Shown: positions 63,701 through 64,000 of the stretch, piece after piece
How positions within the stretch are numbered: position 1 is the stretch's first letter
How the letters are laid out: the number at the start of each line of letters is the position of its first letter
DNA from: an uncultured virus (IMG/VR IMGVR_UViG_3300010885_055091)
Lineage: Duplodnaviria > Heunggongvirae > Uroviricota > Caudoviricetes
Length of the DNA stretch: 64,000 nucleotides
IMG/VR virus record: IMGVR_UViG_3300010885_055091
Span: 1 to 64,000 of that record
Strand: one strand, 5' to 3'
Position numbers and translations under genes: made by a program
The notes under the pieces: model-generated
Database searches by the model: none
Told to the model about the DNA's origin: nothing
The model's input: the letters and a program-made list of their open reading frames with translations, nothing else

Positions 63701-64000
63701 GTGCCGTATAGAAGCATTAGATCAAAAATCTTTGATAATACAACTTACTGGGGATATAACCAGTAAAGAGCATGCAGATTATGCATCTCCTTCTGATTGG
63801 GGTAAAATTGAAAATTTGACATTTGATGGTACTGAAGTATATGCTCAACTTCAAGATGCACTTGAAAAAAGACTAGCCTATTTCTCTATTGGAGCAGGTG
63901 TAAAGAGTTTAAATATACTAAATACTAATTTTTATCCTTTGACTGTGGGGGACTTGGGATCTGTAGCTTATGTTCCAGAATGGTGGGTTTTTACCAATCC
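60660..64000 (+). CDS. Tail fibre/spike with beta-helix region, paralogue 2 (3' truncated by window)
   Basis: ATG 60660: MTRPRSQQINDPVTRYSKIPLYDNP...; segments I translated stay colinear with paralogue 1 (WYSKCEGS, QQARYGLDGYIQ, TCGDG..GDFNG, IKEGTY) and the same frame reads ..YVPEWWVFTN at the edge. Absent from the track, consistent with no stop in the window. Confidence 0.85.
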   Translation, partial: MTRPRSQQINDPVTRYSKIPLYDNPASGSFSAIISGAQYTSSINESATKLTNGVEDPCPASIVGSATDPFFLAIGNKFLVSIDNAIPVEITVTATEIVNLTGVGDFTTAHRLAKLVNDTLLVENPDWYAVASRTPEGFLKLASPTFGSDSRVEISGNNAILTAIGFPMANPRVSLGRDITRGIVTQSPDRKGGYLDLAWEDGRHVTAINNVYYTNADADKPFVQSIPTGQPIFGRLSKTDLPSLNIDWYSKCEGSDPLRSAFSDFSLLGGGEDIEISYTDIYGNTNCQFTTIFSTTPTTFQDVADEINNSWNVVSRGLRATVISVVVAPYIVFTNLTLKLNGNAQIVVTLNGTQKTVSQIITHINNEIAAAGQAAQGEAFNAGGGRFGIRSLSAAVGETSTIEIISTSDFDGERTLGLPIGLYKGWELCRVVGAEIQIDPPSPSVIYEISAGGTAILPLGLTSYPVSPIKTTIVNRFIKSEFPYYDSKVPSTNAISILIPELMEAGDIPDNIFTKERFADLVSPNSYKYPLAVDNTNAARFGQQARYGLDGYIQPETLPYDLGSVKVGKFIFNINSASLLMFEYTKNGQDLFIEAFNAGNPSVRHYVIDDQAENPGYLITVNVEKTAANTYTPDVDPDPSTILELSDRFLGYSIRNINSGAYTLGVHDFTLLGDITSDSRTLQFGLATLLYWKTGPANIFDENIFNTPGADIVKFTSPLADNEGDSAIRLADKITSNSTIFSILNARLEVTCGDGINSYGDFNGSDAIFKAWQYLHNDPADERPVVIKIKEGTYTNAVTLTFTRSVTIEGIAKDKVSINRTTPGATLRFFNTPTNAKTDVILRNLSILSNENFCIYSRANLLVENCYLNNIAIFGNQENVMSSYLARFSNCEIGASSGLNIHHNIHLIYENDPLLPEKIPLPPVVFDNCLINNSDTIDIGLLRIDGSFDYSEFSGVYFDKCVIRLGTYSNVIAPDGINTKGFRTEYNTGLVELHPKTDVRTGPGLVIHELRYDKCRIEALDQKSLIIQLTGDITSKEHADYASPSDWGKIENLTFDGTEVYAQLQDALEKRLAYFSIGAGVKSLNILNTNFYPLTVGDLGSVAYVPEWWVFTN

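Overview
The window is a gene-dense, AT-rich segment of a large (probably jumbo) contractile-tailed phage genome, readable in the standard code. Most of it is a + strand virion module: tail tube, two probable tail-assembly proteins, tape measure, two tube-initiator-like paralogues (one carrying a lytic transglycosylase domain), baseplate hub, gp5-like spike, gp25-like, baseplate-J-like and gpI-like wedge proteins, several very large virion proteins, and two pairs of paralogous fibre/spike genes. Two long edge-truncated genes are missing from the ORF track: a collagen-like fibre on the - strand (1..1971) and a second beta-helix tail-spike paralogue (60660..>64000). The most unusual elements are these. 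(i) A 44.4-47.6 kb insert with repeat-bounded cassette architecture (A-gene-B-A-gene-B'), carrying a gene that fuses Trp-repeat helices, a Vsr/DUF559-like nuclease and a Mom-like DNA-modifying GNAT domain, preceded by an ATG-TGA start-stop. (ii) A two-His helical repeat occurring in multiples of three in two adjacent virion proteins. (iii) Tandem spike paralogues sharing a 92-nt near-identical 5' end. (iv) A small gene overlapping its neighbour by 148 nt with its own Shine-Dalgarno. No tRNA, rRNA, CRISPR array or reverse transcriptase was seen. All product calls rest on motif recognition and synteny by eye; no database searches were run.
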